This document shows positions 7,947-16,124 of a DNA stretch of 17,656 bases, in pieces. A program made the position numbers and the translations under genes. The stretch lies in assembly GCA_038883795.1 (NCBI GenBank), contig JAVZLK010000033.1:1-17656 (forward strand), read 5' to 3'. The DNA comes from Candidatus Bathyarchaeia archaeon. GTDB lineage: Archaea > Thermoproteota > Bathyarchaeia > Bathyarchaeales > Bathycorpusculaceae. Positions within the stretch are counted from its first letter, which is position 1; each line of letters opens with the position of its first letter. The notes under the pieces are model-generated. The model did not search any database and was not told where the DNA came from. It was given only the letters and a program-made list of their open reading frames with translations.

Positions 7947-8021
7947 TGGGCCGGGCCGGATTTGAACCGGCGACCTTTCGGTTATCAGCCGAACGCTCCA
8001 ACCAAGCTGAGCTACCGGCCC
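7947..8021 (-). tRNA. tRNA-Ile: tRNA-Ile (anticodon GAT), intronless, CCA not encoded
   Basis: GGGCCGG acceptor stem, TAGCTCAG D-arm start, TTCGG-CTGATAA-CCGAA anticodon arm, GCCGG-TTCAAAT-CCGGC T arm, discriminator A. Confidence 0.97.
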
Positions 8022-8053
8022 ACCCACAACACTAAACAGTAAAACAAACAACA

Positions 8054-8080
8054 TTTTTAAGGTTTTCAGAACCCTTTTAT
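8054..8080. promoter_or_regulatory. Back-to-back BRE/TATA promoters of the two tRNA genes
   Basis: - strand GAAAACC-TTAAAAA (TATA 8060-8054); + strand GAACCC-TTTTAT (TATA 8075-8080); each about 31-32 nt from its mature tRNA 5' end. Confidence 0.65.
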
Positions 8081-8111
8081 CCCTTCAAAAGCATTATCTT
8101 CGCAAGGAAAG

Positions 8112-8190
8112 GGGCCCGTGGCCCAGTATGGATTAAGGCGCCGGCCTTCGGAGCCGGAGAACGTGGGTTCAAATCCCACCGGGCCCGCCA
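8112..8190 (+). tRNA. tRNA-Arg: tRNA-Arg (anticodon TCG), intronless, encoded CCA
   Basis: GGGCCCG/CGGGCCC acceptor stem, CCGGC-CTTCGGA-GCCGG anticodon arm, GTGGG-TTCAAAT-CCCAC T arm, G discriminator then CCA. Confidence 0.97.
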
Positions 8191-8247
8191 CCTTTTGGGT
8201 TCGGAACCTTTATATGAGACAACGCGCCTAACATTATTTGATGGTCT
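8191..8247 (+). promoter_or_regulatory. Integrase-2 promoter and leader
   Basis: GAACC-TTTATAT 32 nt upstream of the ATG; TTGATGG three nt before the ATG. Confidence 0.6.
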
Positions 8248-9528
8248 ATGGCGAAAGCCACCTACGCCTATCTGCTTAAGGACGCGGACGTTAAGCGTTG
8301 GTATGAGAATGTGGCGAGGGGTTCAAAGGTTACTGCAGATGTTTATCTGCGCAGACTTGGGTGGGTATGCAAGCACTTGAGCCTAAAGCCTAAAGAACTC
8401 CTCGGGAAGAGTGAGAAAGAGCTTGGGATGCTTCTCGCAGACTTAGTCTCTTATTTGGAGCGTGAAGGCAAGGCTGGAAGCTACATTAAATCGTGTTTGA
8501 AAGCTGTTAAATCTTGGCTTTCCTTCAACATGGTTGAGGTTAAGGTTAAAATTAAGATTAAGGATGCGGATGACACGCCGACTCTCCGTGATGAGCGTGT
8601 CCCAAATCAGCAGGAGCTTAGGAAAATTTTCCTCTGCGGAGACTTAAGGGCTAGAAGCGCATGTGTATTGCTTGCTCATAGCGGACTGAGAATTGAAACC
8701 TTAGGCAACTATGACGGAACAGACGGACTAAGGATTAAAGACTTACCAGAAATGAAGATAGAAAAGGGCGAAGTAGTTTTCGAAAAAGTGCCTACAATGG
8801 TTGTTGTGCGCAAGGAACTGAGTAAAGCTGGGCACCAGTACTTCACTTTTCTAGGCGAAGAGGGATGCGAATATTTGAAAGATTATTTGGAAAGCCGATT
8901 GAAAGAAGGTGAGAAGCTAACGCCAGACTCGCCAGTACTGACGCCTAAGGTTGCGCCTAAGCCCTTCATAAGATCAACAAACATTGGCGACATGATAAGG
9001 GCTGCCATAAGAAAGGCTGGTTTCAAGTGGAGGCCATACGTTTTACGGGCTTACTTTGACACGCAGCTGATGCTGGCAGAGTCTAAAGGCTTAGTGCTAC
9101 GCGATTATAGGCAGTTTTGGATGGGACATAAAGGCGACATAGAAAACCGCTACACAACAAACAAGTGCAAGCTTCCAGAAAACGTCATAGAAGACATGAG
9201 AGAAGCCTACAAAAGAAGCCAAGAATACCTTCATACGACTAAGATTGGAAAAACAAGCGAAGAAGAACTGCGACAAGCCTTTAGGAAGCAACTTCTCTTA
9301 GTTGCTGGGTTTACACAAAACGAAATTGATAAAATGGACATATCAGCAATCAGCGACGAAGAACTACAAACAATAATACGGAAGAGACTTCTGGGAGAAA
9401 AGACAAACGATTGCGTACAGAAAGTAGTGTCGACCGACGAAGTTGAAAACTACTTGGAGCAAGGATGGGAGTATGTAGCAGCTTTGCCAAACGGCAAAGT
9501 AATAGTCAAACTTAAAAGCTCACAATAG
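8248..9528 (+). CDS. Tyrosine recombinase/integrase associated with tRNA-Arg
   Basis: SGLR, LSKAGHQY, PYVLR, MGHKG and ENRY motifs; intact 426 aa; clear paralog of 6580..7887. Confidence 0.93.
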   Translation: MAKATYAYLLKDADVKRWYENVARGSKVTADVYLRRLGWVCKHLSLKPKELLGKSEKELGMLLADLVSYLEREGKAGSYIKSCLKAVKSWLSFNMVEVKVKIKIKDADDTPTLRDERVPNQQELRKIFLCGDLRARSACVLLAHSGLRIETLGNYDGTDGLRIKDLPEMKIEKGEVVFEKVPTMVVVRKELSKAGHQYFTFLGEEGCEYLKDYLESRLKEGEKLTPDSPVLTPKVAPKPFIRSTNIGDMIRAAIRKAGFKWRPYVLRAYFDTQLMLAESKGLVLRDYRQFWMGHKGDIENRYTTNKCKLPENVIEDMREAYKRSQEYLHTTKIGKTSEEELRQAFRKQLLLVAGFTQNEIDKMDISAISDEELQTIIRKRLLGEKTNDCVQKVVSTDEVENYLEQGWEYVAALPNGKVIVKLKSSQ

Positions 9529-9609
9529 TGGCATGCTGCAATGTTAGTTATTTTAAGAGTTTTAAAAACGGATTTATCTACTGCTAAAATCGCTGTTCCG
9601 CCGGGATAG

Positions 9610-12600
9610 TCACTGTGGCTTTTTTGTCTTCTTGGTTGTTTTGCGTTTGATTGTTGTGAAGACTATTGTTAGGATCGTTGCTAAGGTTATGTAGGGTATG
9701 ATTGGTTCTGTCTTTTTGGGAATTTGTATTGGAATTGAGTAGCCTCCGACTGGTACCGTTGTGACTGCTATGCGGGCAGCGTCTGATTGGGCTGTGTTGC
9801 CCTTATCGTCTGTCACTTTTAGTTGCACATAGTATATGCCTGCTGTTGTCGGCGTGAAAGCCCATGAGGCCGATGTTGCCCCAGAAACTGGAGCCCCATT
9901 CAAGAACCATTGGTAGCTGTAGGGTGGGTAGCCTCCTGAAACTGTTGAAGTGAATGTTACGGATTGTCCGACGATTATTGATGTTGATGTTGGAGAGATT
10001 GATGCTGTGAGTTGTGGAGCAACCACTATTGTGGCTGTTTCTGATGTAGCTACGTTTCCTGCATTATCGGTCACCCTTAAATAAACTACATATGTTCCAA
10101 TTGTTGATGGCGCAAAAGTCCAAGCGTTTGATGTAGCCCCAGAAACCGCACTACCATTCAAATACCACTGATAATTATATGGAGTAATTCCACCTGAAAC
10201 TGTTGATGTTAATGTTACCGATTGATCTACAAGTATTAATGCTGAAAGCGGGTTTATTGAAACCAAAAGTTGTGATGGTGCGAGTATAACCTCTAACGAT
10301 ATGTGTATGACGTGGGTTAATGAACCGCTCTTTCCTTCTACATAAAATTCATATGTTCCAGGTGGCATGAGAGGGCCAACATAAAATGTCAAAATTGAGG
10401 AAACTGAGCCGTCAGGTGGCGGCGTAACTTGTTCTGGATCTAATGTTCCTCCAATACCAGTTCCTGGAGGACCAATAATATGCGACAAACTCAATTGAAC
10501 TGGCTGGCTAAATCCGTTTATCGAGGTTATTGTAATTATCAATGACTTTGAACCACCTTGAGGAATGGTCAATGAAGTTGAAACAGGTGACAATGTGAAG
10601 TCTTGAGGTTGTCCATAAACATAAGTGCCTATGATTTGGATGGTATGGGTGCTGTGGGTGTATGTAAAGTATAGAAAGTTATGTGTCTCATTTGCTGTAA
10701 TTGTTAGAGTTGCAGGCGCACCATCTATTAGCAAAGTGAAAGGACCATCCAAAAGTTGCTTTGGAATAGTCACGTTGCAAAATCCAATAGCTTTATCAGG
10801 TCCCGTTACGTTGAAACCAATCTCTTTTTCTGTCTGTACAAAATTGAAGTCAGAAACTGATGAATTGCTCTGAATTGTTACGCAAAAGACTTGTCCATCA
10901 ATTAGTATCTCATAAATCATTGTTTCGGCAATCTGATAGGATCTCGTTTCAGGTTCAAGCTCATAGTCTTTAATTCCATCACCGTTTTCGTCAATCTGCA
11001 ATATATATTCAGCTGTATTTGGATTAAGCTCAAATTGTGCCAGCGTATTGAGTATTACATCAAATGTAATCCCTGAAAAAGTTAACGCTTTTTCCGAAAG
11101 AGGAGTTATGTTTGTTATGGTGCAATTTCCTTCATCATATGCAGTTACATTAATAGTGTAGATCAAGTCTGCCGGAAGATAAACTGTTATTGTATGCGTT
11201 ACATTACAATATTCCATACTTGCCCCTGGGATTTCGCTCACGGTATTAGATAGTATCCTGCCATATTGATCTGTTATTGTAACATTCACGGGGCTTCCAA
11301 AGACGAGAATTCTTTTAGCGCTTATCCATAATGAGTCCAGTAAATCTGAAACTATCTTAGCAATAACATCAGTTGTATAAGGAGCTGGAGTATCAATGTA
11401 AAGCTTTTGTATATTATAAGTAGGCGAATAAATAACATTGTTTTTTAGGTCAAATGTATAGACAATTGACATGCCGGGATAGTTGTTGTCGTAGACTACA
11501 ATATTCTTAATGTCTTCAGAGACACTGTAGGCACCATAAACTGTTACCGCATGACGCCCTCCATCTTTAAATACCAATAACATCATACATGGTTTACTAT
11601 TGCCGAGATTCTCAACCAATTTATCATACTCACGTTTCAAGTCAAAACCAAAGATTGCATCTCTTAAATCCTGTATCATAAATTTCAGGATAAAATATAA
11701 CTGTTCTACTTGATATGAAGCTATATTAGGAGCTGCCTCATCTTTCAGAATATCAAAAGTTAGTTTAGAAACAGGCTTATCTATTGTTCCAGTATAGTAT
11801 AGAATAGACGTTGCTGCCATTCCGTAGCAGTGTCCTGAGGAGGAAACCAATGGATATGACAGCGCAAGTAATGCTGATGCAATAGGGCCTGTCACAAGAT
11901 TGTCTAATAGAATTTTGAGTTGACGCTTTATATCCAATAACTCACTGGTCGAAAGGCCCCAATTGCTAAAAGAGTACCCATCCACATATGTTTCAAAATC
12001 ATATGATTTTAATACATTGACTCCAGAAATATATGCAAAATTGTTTAAAGTGTTGGAATCTGATTTAATTATAACTACTACCTGGAGCCCCTCACCCTTT
12101 ACATTTAGTATTCTTGAGGCGTTCCATGTAACTTTAACGTTGGACTCTGCTCCAGGGGCAATTGGAGGAACTATCTGCAATGACTTTATTGTATATTCGC
12201 CTGCAATGGGGTTAGAAAAACTTGACGTTTGAAAGAAGAAAACGGTCCCTTCTTCCGATACAATGCTTCCAAGGTTTTTTAGTTTCAAGGTAATAGTAGT
12301 TGGTTGACCCTCTATTGGATTTGAATTTGAAATTTCAATGTTTGTGATTGCAATATCAGGAGCTGCACCTGAGAATATGGCTACCAGATAGTGAGGAGTG
12401 TTCATAGCTACAGTGTAAGATGTAGATGCTCCAACATTGATTGAATCTAATTCCCAATGATTGAAAACGTATCCTGTGTTTGGGGTTTCTGTTACCGTTA
12501 CGCTTGTACCTTTATTGTACCAGTATGCGCCTGGTGCCGGATTTGTTGTTCCTGCTCCTGATGGCGATACTCCTATTGTTAATTGGTATTGAGTTGTCCA

Positions 12601-13821
12601 TTCAACAGTGTACGTTGCACTTCCCGTAACTGTGATTGACCTGGGATCTGCGGTGCTCCCGTCGCTCCACTTATTAAATATAAGCCTTGTCCCAGCGCTT
12701 GGTTGATAACCCGAATCTGGATCTAAAATGTGAACCGAATCTTTAGACCAGGTATAGCTGGTTGACGACGTTATGGGCGAACCATCAACATAAACTCTTC
12801 CTCCATTAGGATTAACGGTCACAGTGTACTGGGGCGCAGTAAGAGAAACATACTTTGTCTGAGTGGTCGTTAAGCCATCGCTTTGATAGGCAGTTGCGGT
12901 AACAGTGTAGCCACCATAGCTGCTATAAGTGTGTGATGCTGGAAACCAAGAATCCCCAGAACTTCCATCACCCCAATTCCAGTTTATCCTTGTTATAGTA
13001 GTCCCAGGAGTCCCAGGCGTAACTACACCATTAAATGTTACAGTACGATCACTAATCGAAGGATCATACAAGGTCAAGCTTGGCGGAATATGATACATAA
13101 ATACAGCCTTCAAGGTGCCTGAACCATCAACACTCGCAACGGTCGATTGGATGTCTTCGTACCAAGGGTTAACAGCTCCGGTTGATTCCCAGTGATGAAA
13201 CGAATATCCTGATGGAGGATTAGCACTAATCGTGTGGATTCTCGTAGTTGTTGAGATGGTGGCTGGTAAACTATATGTTATTCCACTCCAAACAATTGTA
13301 CCGACATTCGAAGCTCCAGTATTCAAAACATAACTTGACAACTGAACGAATACCGAGCTAACCATGTTAACCCATCCAATCCTGGTCTCGCTGTCATATT
13401 GAGGATTCCAATCAGTGTCCCAAATGGCAAAAATAACATTGTAACTCCCAGTAGGGACGCCGGTGGGAACGTAGAAATATCTGTTCGCCCAAGAATCGCC
13501 TGGGGATATTGAAACCGTTCTGTCATTGGAGGGGTCACTGTATATGGAACCCCCGATTTGGATACTTGCTCCCAAAATAACATTGATTGAAGTAGGATTG
13601 GGATTATACAAGCGGTACCATAATCTCATATGCCCACCAGGCGTTTGAGTAATAGGCGGCGTAATAGGAACCGAATACTCTTCATAGGAAATTCCAACAT
13701 CAATGATGTAAGGATTCGAAAAAGCCATAACTTTCGGAGTATAAAATGACACAGTAGAACCAATCAACATAAACAATAGTAAAACTACAATTGTTTTCCT
13801 CAATTTTCCCTTCCCCTCCAT
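9610..13821 (-). CDS. Large cell-surface protein: PKD, InlB-B-like and CARDB Ig domains, papain-like Cys-His-Asp domain, PVGG-type C-terminal anchor
   Basis: Signal peptide; PKD motif WNWGDG...SHTYSSYGGYTV; B-repeat-like GYSFHHW and GYVFNHW; CARDB-like PDIAITNI...LKNLG; GHCYGM...HAV...VYDNNYP; two terminal PKD-like repeats; VPVGGYS + TM + KRKTTKK. Confidence 0.88.
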   Translation of the reverse strand: MEGKGKLRKTIVVLLLFMLIGSTVSFYTPKVMAFSNPYIIDVGISYEEYSVPITPPITQTPGGHMRLWYRLYNPNPTSINVILGASIQIGGSIYSDPSNDRTVSISPGDSWANRYFYVPTGVPTGSYNVIFAIWDTDWNPQYDSETRIGWVNMVSSVFVQLSSYVLNTGASNVGTIVWSGITYSLPATISTTTRIHTISANPPSGYSFHHWESTGAVNPWYEDIQSTVASVDGSGTLKAVFMYHIPPSLTLYDPSISDRTVTFNGVVTPGTPGTTITRINWNWGDGSSGDSWFPASHTYSSYGGYTVTATAYQSDGLTTTQTKYVSLTAPQYTVTVNPNGGRVYVDGSPITSSTSYTWSKDSVHILDPDSGYQPSAGTRLIFNKWSDGSTADPRSITVTGSATYTVEWTTQYQLTIGVSPSGAGTTNPAPGAYWYNKGTSVTVTETPNTGYVFNHWELDSINVGASTSYTVAMNTPHYLVAIFSGAAPDIAITNIEISNSNPIEGQPTTITLKLKNLGSIVSEEGTVFFFQTSSFSNPIAGEYTIKSLQIVPPIAPGAESNVKVTWNASRILNVKGEGLQVVVIIKSDSNTLNNFAYISGVNVLKSYDFETYVDGYSFSNWGLSTSELLDIKRQLKILLDNLVTGPIASALLALSYPLVSSSGHCYGMAATSILYYTGTIDKPVSKLTFDILKDEAAPNIASYQVEQLYFILKFMIQDLRDAIFGFDLKREYDKLVENLGNSKPCMMLLVFKDGGRHAVTVYGAYSVSEDIKNIVVYDNNYPGMSIVYTFDLKNNVIYSPTYNIQKLYIDTPAPYTTDVIAKIVSDLLDSLWISAKRILVFGSPVNVTITDQYGRILSNTVSEIPGASMEYCNVTHTITVYLPADLIYTINVTAYDEGNCTITNITPLSEKALTFSGITFDVILNTLAQFELNPNTAEYILQIDENGDGIKDYELEPETRSYQIAETMIYEILIDGQVFCVTIQSNSSVSDFNFVQTEKEIGFNVTGPDKAIGFCNVTIPKQLLDGPFTLLIDGAPATLTITANETHNFLYFTYTHSTHTIQIIGTYVYGQPQDFTLSPVSTSLTIPQGGSKSLIITITSINGFSQPVQLSLSHIIGPPGTGIGGTLDPEQVTPPPDGSVSSILTFYVGPLMPPGTYEFYVEGKSGSLTHVIHISLEVILAPSQLLVSINPLSALILVDQSVTLTSTVSGGITPYNYQWYLNGSAVSGATSNAWTFAPSTIGTYVVYLRVTDNAGNVATSETATIVVAPQLTASISPTSTSIIVGQSVTFTSTVSGGYPPYSYQWFLNGAPVSGATSASWAFTPTTAGIYYVQLKVTDDKGNTAQSDAARIAVTTVPVGGYSIPIQIPKKTEPIIPYITLATILTIVFTTIKRKTTKKTKKPQ
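9763..10269 (-). repeat. Tandem duplicated PKD-like domains (10021-10269 and 9763-10011)
   Basis: QSVT(L/F)TSTVSGG-(T/P)PY-YQW-LNG--VSGATS...L-VTD--GN-A-S occurs twice with a 258-nt period. Confidence 0.85.
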
Positions 13822-14037
13822 CCGCTCGGAACTTGAGAGAATTAGGATTGTTTTTATCGAATATTACTCTTAAATTTTATGGAGAAATCTTCTATTAAGA
13901 ACTGTCTGCATCGTTTTCAGTTTGTGTGTGCATTTAAATTTTATGAAAACTACGTCTACTATGCTTTTGATAGTTCCTGTCTACTGCTTTTATATGGATA
14001 CATGAAACAATTTCACAATCCCATCGAGACCACTTTT

Positions 14038-14745
14038 CTATACTTCCAAATTTTTTAAAGAAATAACGTTCGTATCCTCAGGAAACATAGAAAGGTCAAT
14101 CATCGGCAAAGATGTGATTATAGCTTGCATTTGGAGGTTTTTCATTTCTTTGCAAATTTCTGGGACCATGCGTTTGGGTATTCTGTCAAAAAAGTTGTCT
14201 CCGATAAGGCATCTATAACCTTTTGCGGCATCAAACGGATTTTCCTTATTTACCACAATGTTGATTGAATCTTTGTCTAGAACCAGTTTGAGTGTTATTT
14301 TTCCATTTACTGTTTTGGAAAAGGAGTATTTGTGGCGGATGCCAAACGCCAATAGAATGGCTCTTACAATGGTTGATTTTCCAGAACCGCACGGTCCATA
14401 AATGACGTTTATTGCGTCTTTTTTGAATTTTGCCTCAAACTCTTTAAACGGCCCAACGTTCTCAAGTCTTAACGATTCAATCTGGAATGGCAGAAGATGA
14501 ACTTCGCAGTAACGTGCATCTTCTCGTCCAGCCTCTGCAAGGATTATTTGAAGATAGTCACGGGCTGTCTTAGGAATAGTTACCTTTAAGGCTTCTTTAA
14601 TGGCTTCTTCGATAAGCTTTGAAATATTAAGGTTATCCTTCTTTGCCTTCTCAACTAAATCGCTGTCAAGATACAATAAAGTTTTCTTCTTGATGAGAAC
14701 TAAATGCACATGACCAAATAGAAAAATCTTGCCTACAACCCGCAT
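14038..14745 (-). CDS. Fusion of an RHH/CcdA-like DNA-binding domain and a compact SMC/RecN-type ABC ATPase-like domain
   Basis: KKKTLLYLDSDLVEKAKKDNLNISKLIEEAI (CcdA-like); IESLRLENVGPF...INVIYGPCGSGKST (Walker A); degenerate Walker B CLIGDNFFDRI and QAIITS. True start may be GTG 14709. Confidence 0.75.
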   Translation of the reverse strand: MRVVGKIFLFGHVHLVLIKKKTLLYLDSDLVEKAKKDNLNISKLIEEAIKEALKVTIPKTARDYLQIILAEAGREDARYCEVHLLPFQIESLRLENVGPFKEFEAKFKKDAINVIYGPCGSGKSTIVRAILLAFGIRHKYSFSKTVNGKITLKLVLDKDSINIVVNKENPFDAAKGYRCLIGDNFFDRIPKRMVPEICKEMKNLQMQAIITSLPMIDLSMFPEDTNVISLKNLEV

Positions 14746-14764
14746 TTAGCCTACTTTATGCTAT

Positions 14765-14940
14765 TTAGATAATGCCTTGATCTTTTAATTGCGAGAAGTA
14801 CTAGGCTCTTAAAGCATGGCAGCAGTTTCCAAAGCCTCTTGAGCTAATCGTTATCAAGCCGCTTTTAAATCCTTTAGGCATAAAACAAGTAGCGCCAGCG
14901 TAATCGCAACCCATTCTGCTTCTGCCGAAGATAGGTAGAT
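14765..14940 (-). pseudogene. Possible decayed PIN-domain (DUF3368/VapC-like) gene fragment
   Basis: The - strand reads YLSSAEAEWVAITLA..LCLKDLKAA**RLA, then with frameshifts LVLLAIK/DQGII; resembles the recalled L--GEAEAIALA...DD--AR--A...LL-A---G-I pattern. Confidence 0.3.
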
Positions 14941-15014
14941 TCAGGGGAATTGGAGGGCATCAAATTTTAGTAAAACTATAAATTGGAATATTTAATTTAA
15001 AATTGTGAACAAAT

Positions 15015-15377
15015 ATGGAAAACATAAGACAAGGTAAGGGTGACGCTACCGATATAATCTATTTGTTGAACCTTTTAAGAATATCACTCAAACCACTCAT
15101 TCCCAATGTGAGAGATCCCTTCTCAAGACAATTACATGCTGTTAGAACGTCTGGCATAGAGTCTTGTAAAGCACTGTTATCAAGTATTGATGAAGCGATG
15201 CGCAATCTTGACTTTTCATCTATCAACAGGGAATTGTTCGAAGACTTCATGGAGGGTCGAGATTTGATAAAAGAACTGATGTATAATTTGGAGAGAGCCG
15301 CGGAAGCTATCAAAAATTTAATTGAAACTTATGATAAACTTGATTATTGGACTAACAAAAGTCATGGCAGAGTCTAA
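15015..15377 (+). CDS. Hypothetical alpha-helical protein
   Basis: 120-aa ATG-started ORF after an AT-rich upstream region; amphipathic helical pattern; no recognised motif. Confidence 0.6.
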   Translation: MENIRQGKGDATDIIYLLNLLRISLKPLIPNVRDPFSRQLHAVRTSGIESCKALLSSIDEAMRNLDFSSINRELFEDFMEGRDLIKELMYNLERAAEAIKNLIETYDKLDYWTNKSHGRV

Positions 15378-15419
15378 GGAACTGATTGGAGTTATAGAAA
15401 GCAAATAGAGCTTCAATGT

Positions 15420-15878
15420 TTACCTAAATGGAAAGTTTCTCGTTATTGAGCATACTCCGAGGTCTATAGGTGAGATTCTATTTACTTCTATTTTCCCCGT
15501 TTTAAGAAGCGATTTGTCCAGATAGTCAATAACTCCAGTTCCTTTCTCAGACGTAAGCCACTTATCAGAGGAGGAAACCATCCATAATCTAGCTTTTTCA
15601 AATTTCTGCGAGTACTCTTCCGCTCGTTTCGCGATTCTTCTAGCTTTTTTACTAACCTTAGCGTCCAGCTCAACCTCTATGTATTCAACAACCCTTGTTG
15701 TAGTATTTCTAAAGACCAAGTCAGGTCCTTGCCCACCTCCGTAGTTTGGTCCATCAATTATTTGGAAAATAGGCGAAGATGTAATGTAGTCTAAAATTAT
15801 CTGAATGCATCTGTCATGGTCAGTGTATGTTTTATTTTCTCCTTTTTTTAACAATTTGAGAAATGTTTCCTTATCCAT
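15420..15878 (-). CDS. Small PD-(D/E)xK-fold nuclease-like protein
   Basis: Strong GAGGTGAT RBS; helix with His (DHDRC), then GPDLVF and YIEVE, an E-x-E variant of the restriction-endonuclease fold. Confidence 0.7.
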   Translation of the reverse strand: MDKETFLKLLKKGENKTYTDHDRCIQIILDYITSSPIFQIIDGPNYGGGQGPDLVFRNTTTRVVEYIEVELDAKVSKKARRIAKRAEEYSQKFEKARLWMVSSSDKWLTSEKGTGVIDYLDKSLLKTGKIEVNRISPIDLGVCSITRNFPFR

Positions 15879-16051
15879 TATCTATCACCTCGGCTAAACG
15901 TGCCCTTTCTAATATTAGTTGAATGTGATAATGTATGTGAATGTGAACTTAAACATAAATGTAGTAATGTATAATTTATAAAAGTCATAGCATCCCAGAA
16001 CCATAGCCAATGCATCTCAAAACCCCAAACTTAAATTTTACGCCATATTTC

Positions 16052-16124
16052 GGCTGACTTTCAGCTCGGATAGACGTTGCAAGCGCCAGCGAGCCTTTCG
16101 GCAGAGCGCGAGCGAAAGTCAGCC
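16052..16124. other. GC-rich branched stem-loop (candidate ncRNA or structured DNA site)
   Basis: GGCTGACTTTC-A-GCTCG (16052-16068) pairs with CGAGC-GAAAGTCAGCC (16109-16124); two small inner hairpins. Confidence 0.6.

Noticed and set aside
6580-9528. SSV-type split (suicidal) integrase or chromosomal XerA
   Set aside because: Both genes are intact and do not contain the tRNA sequence; YxxR, the long tail and tRNA adjacency argue against XerA.
1888-13583. Short antisense or alternative-frame ORFs (e.g. 1888-2172, 2373-2615, 4071-4310, 4261-4542, 4961-5305, 5442-5696, 7427-7612, 8195-8380, 9097-9291, 10625-10873, 11963-12232, 13323-13583)
   Set aside because: Shadows of longer, motif-supported genes.
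1700-13730. Shared VMAFS at the signal-peptide ends of the S8 protease and the giant surface protein
   Set aside because: Five residues at a compositionally constrained cleavage site; probably coincidence.
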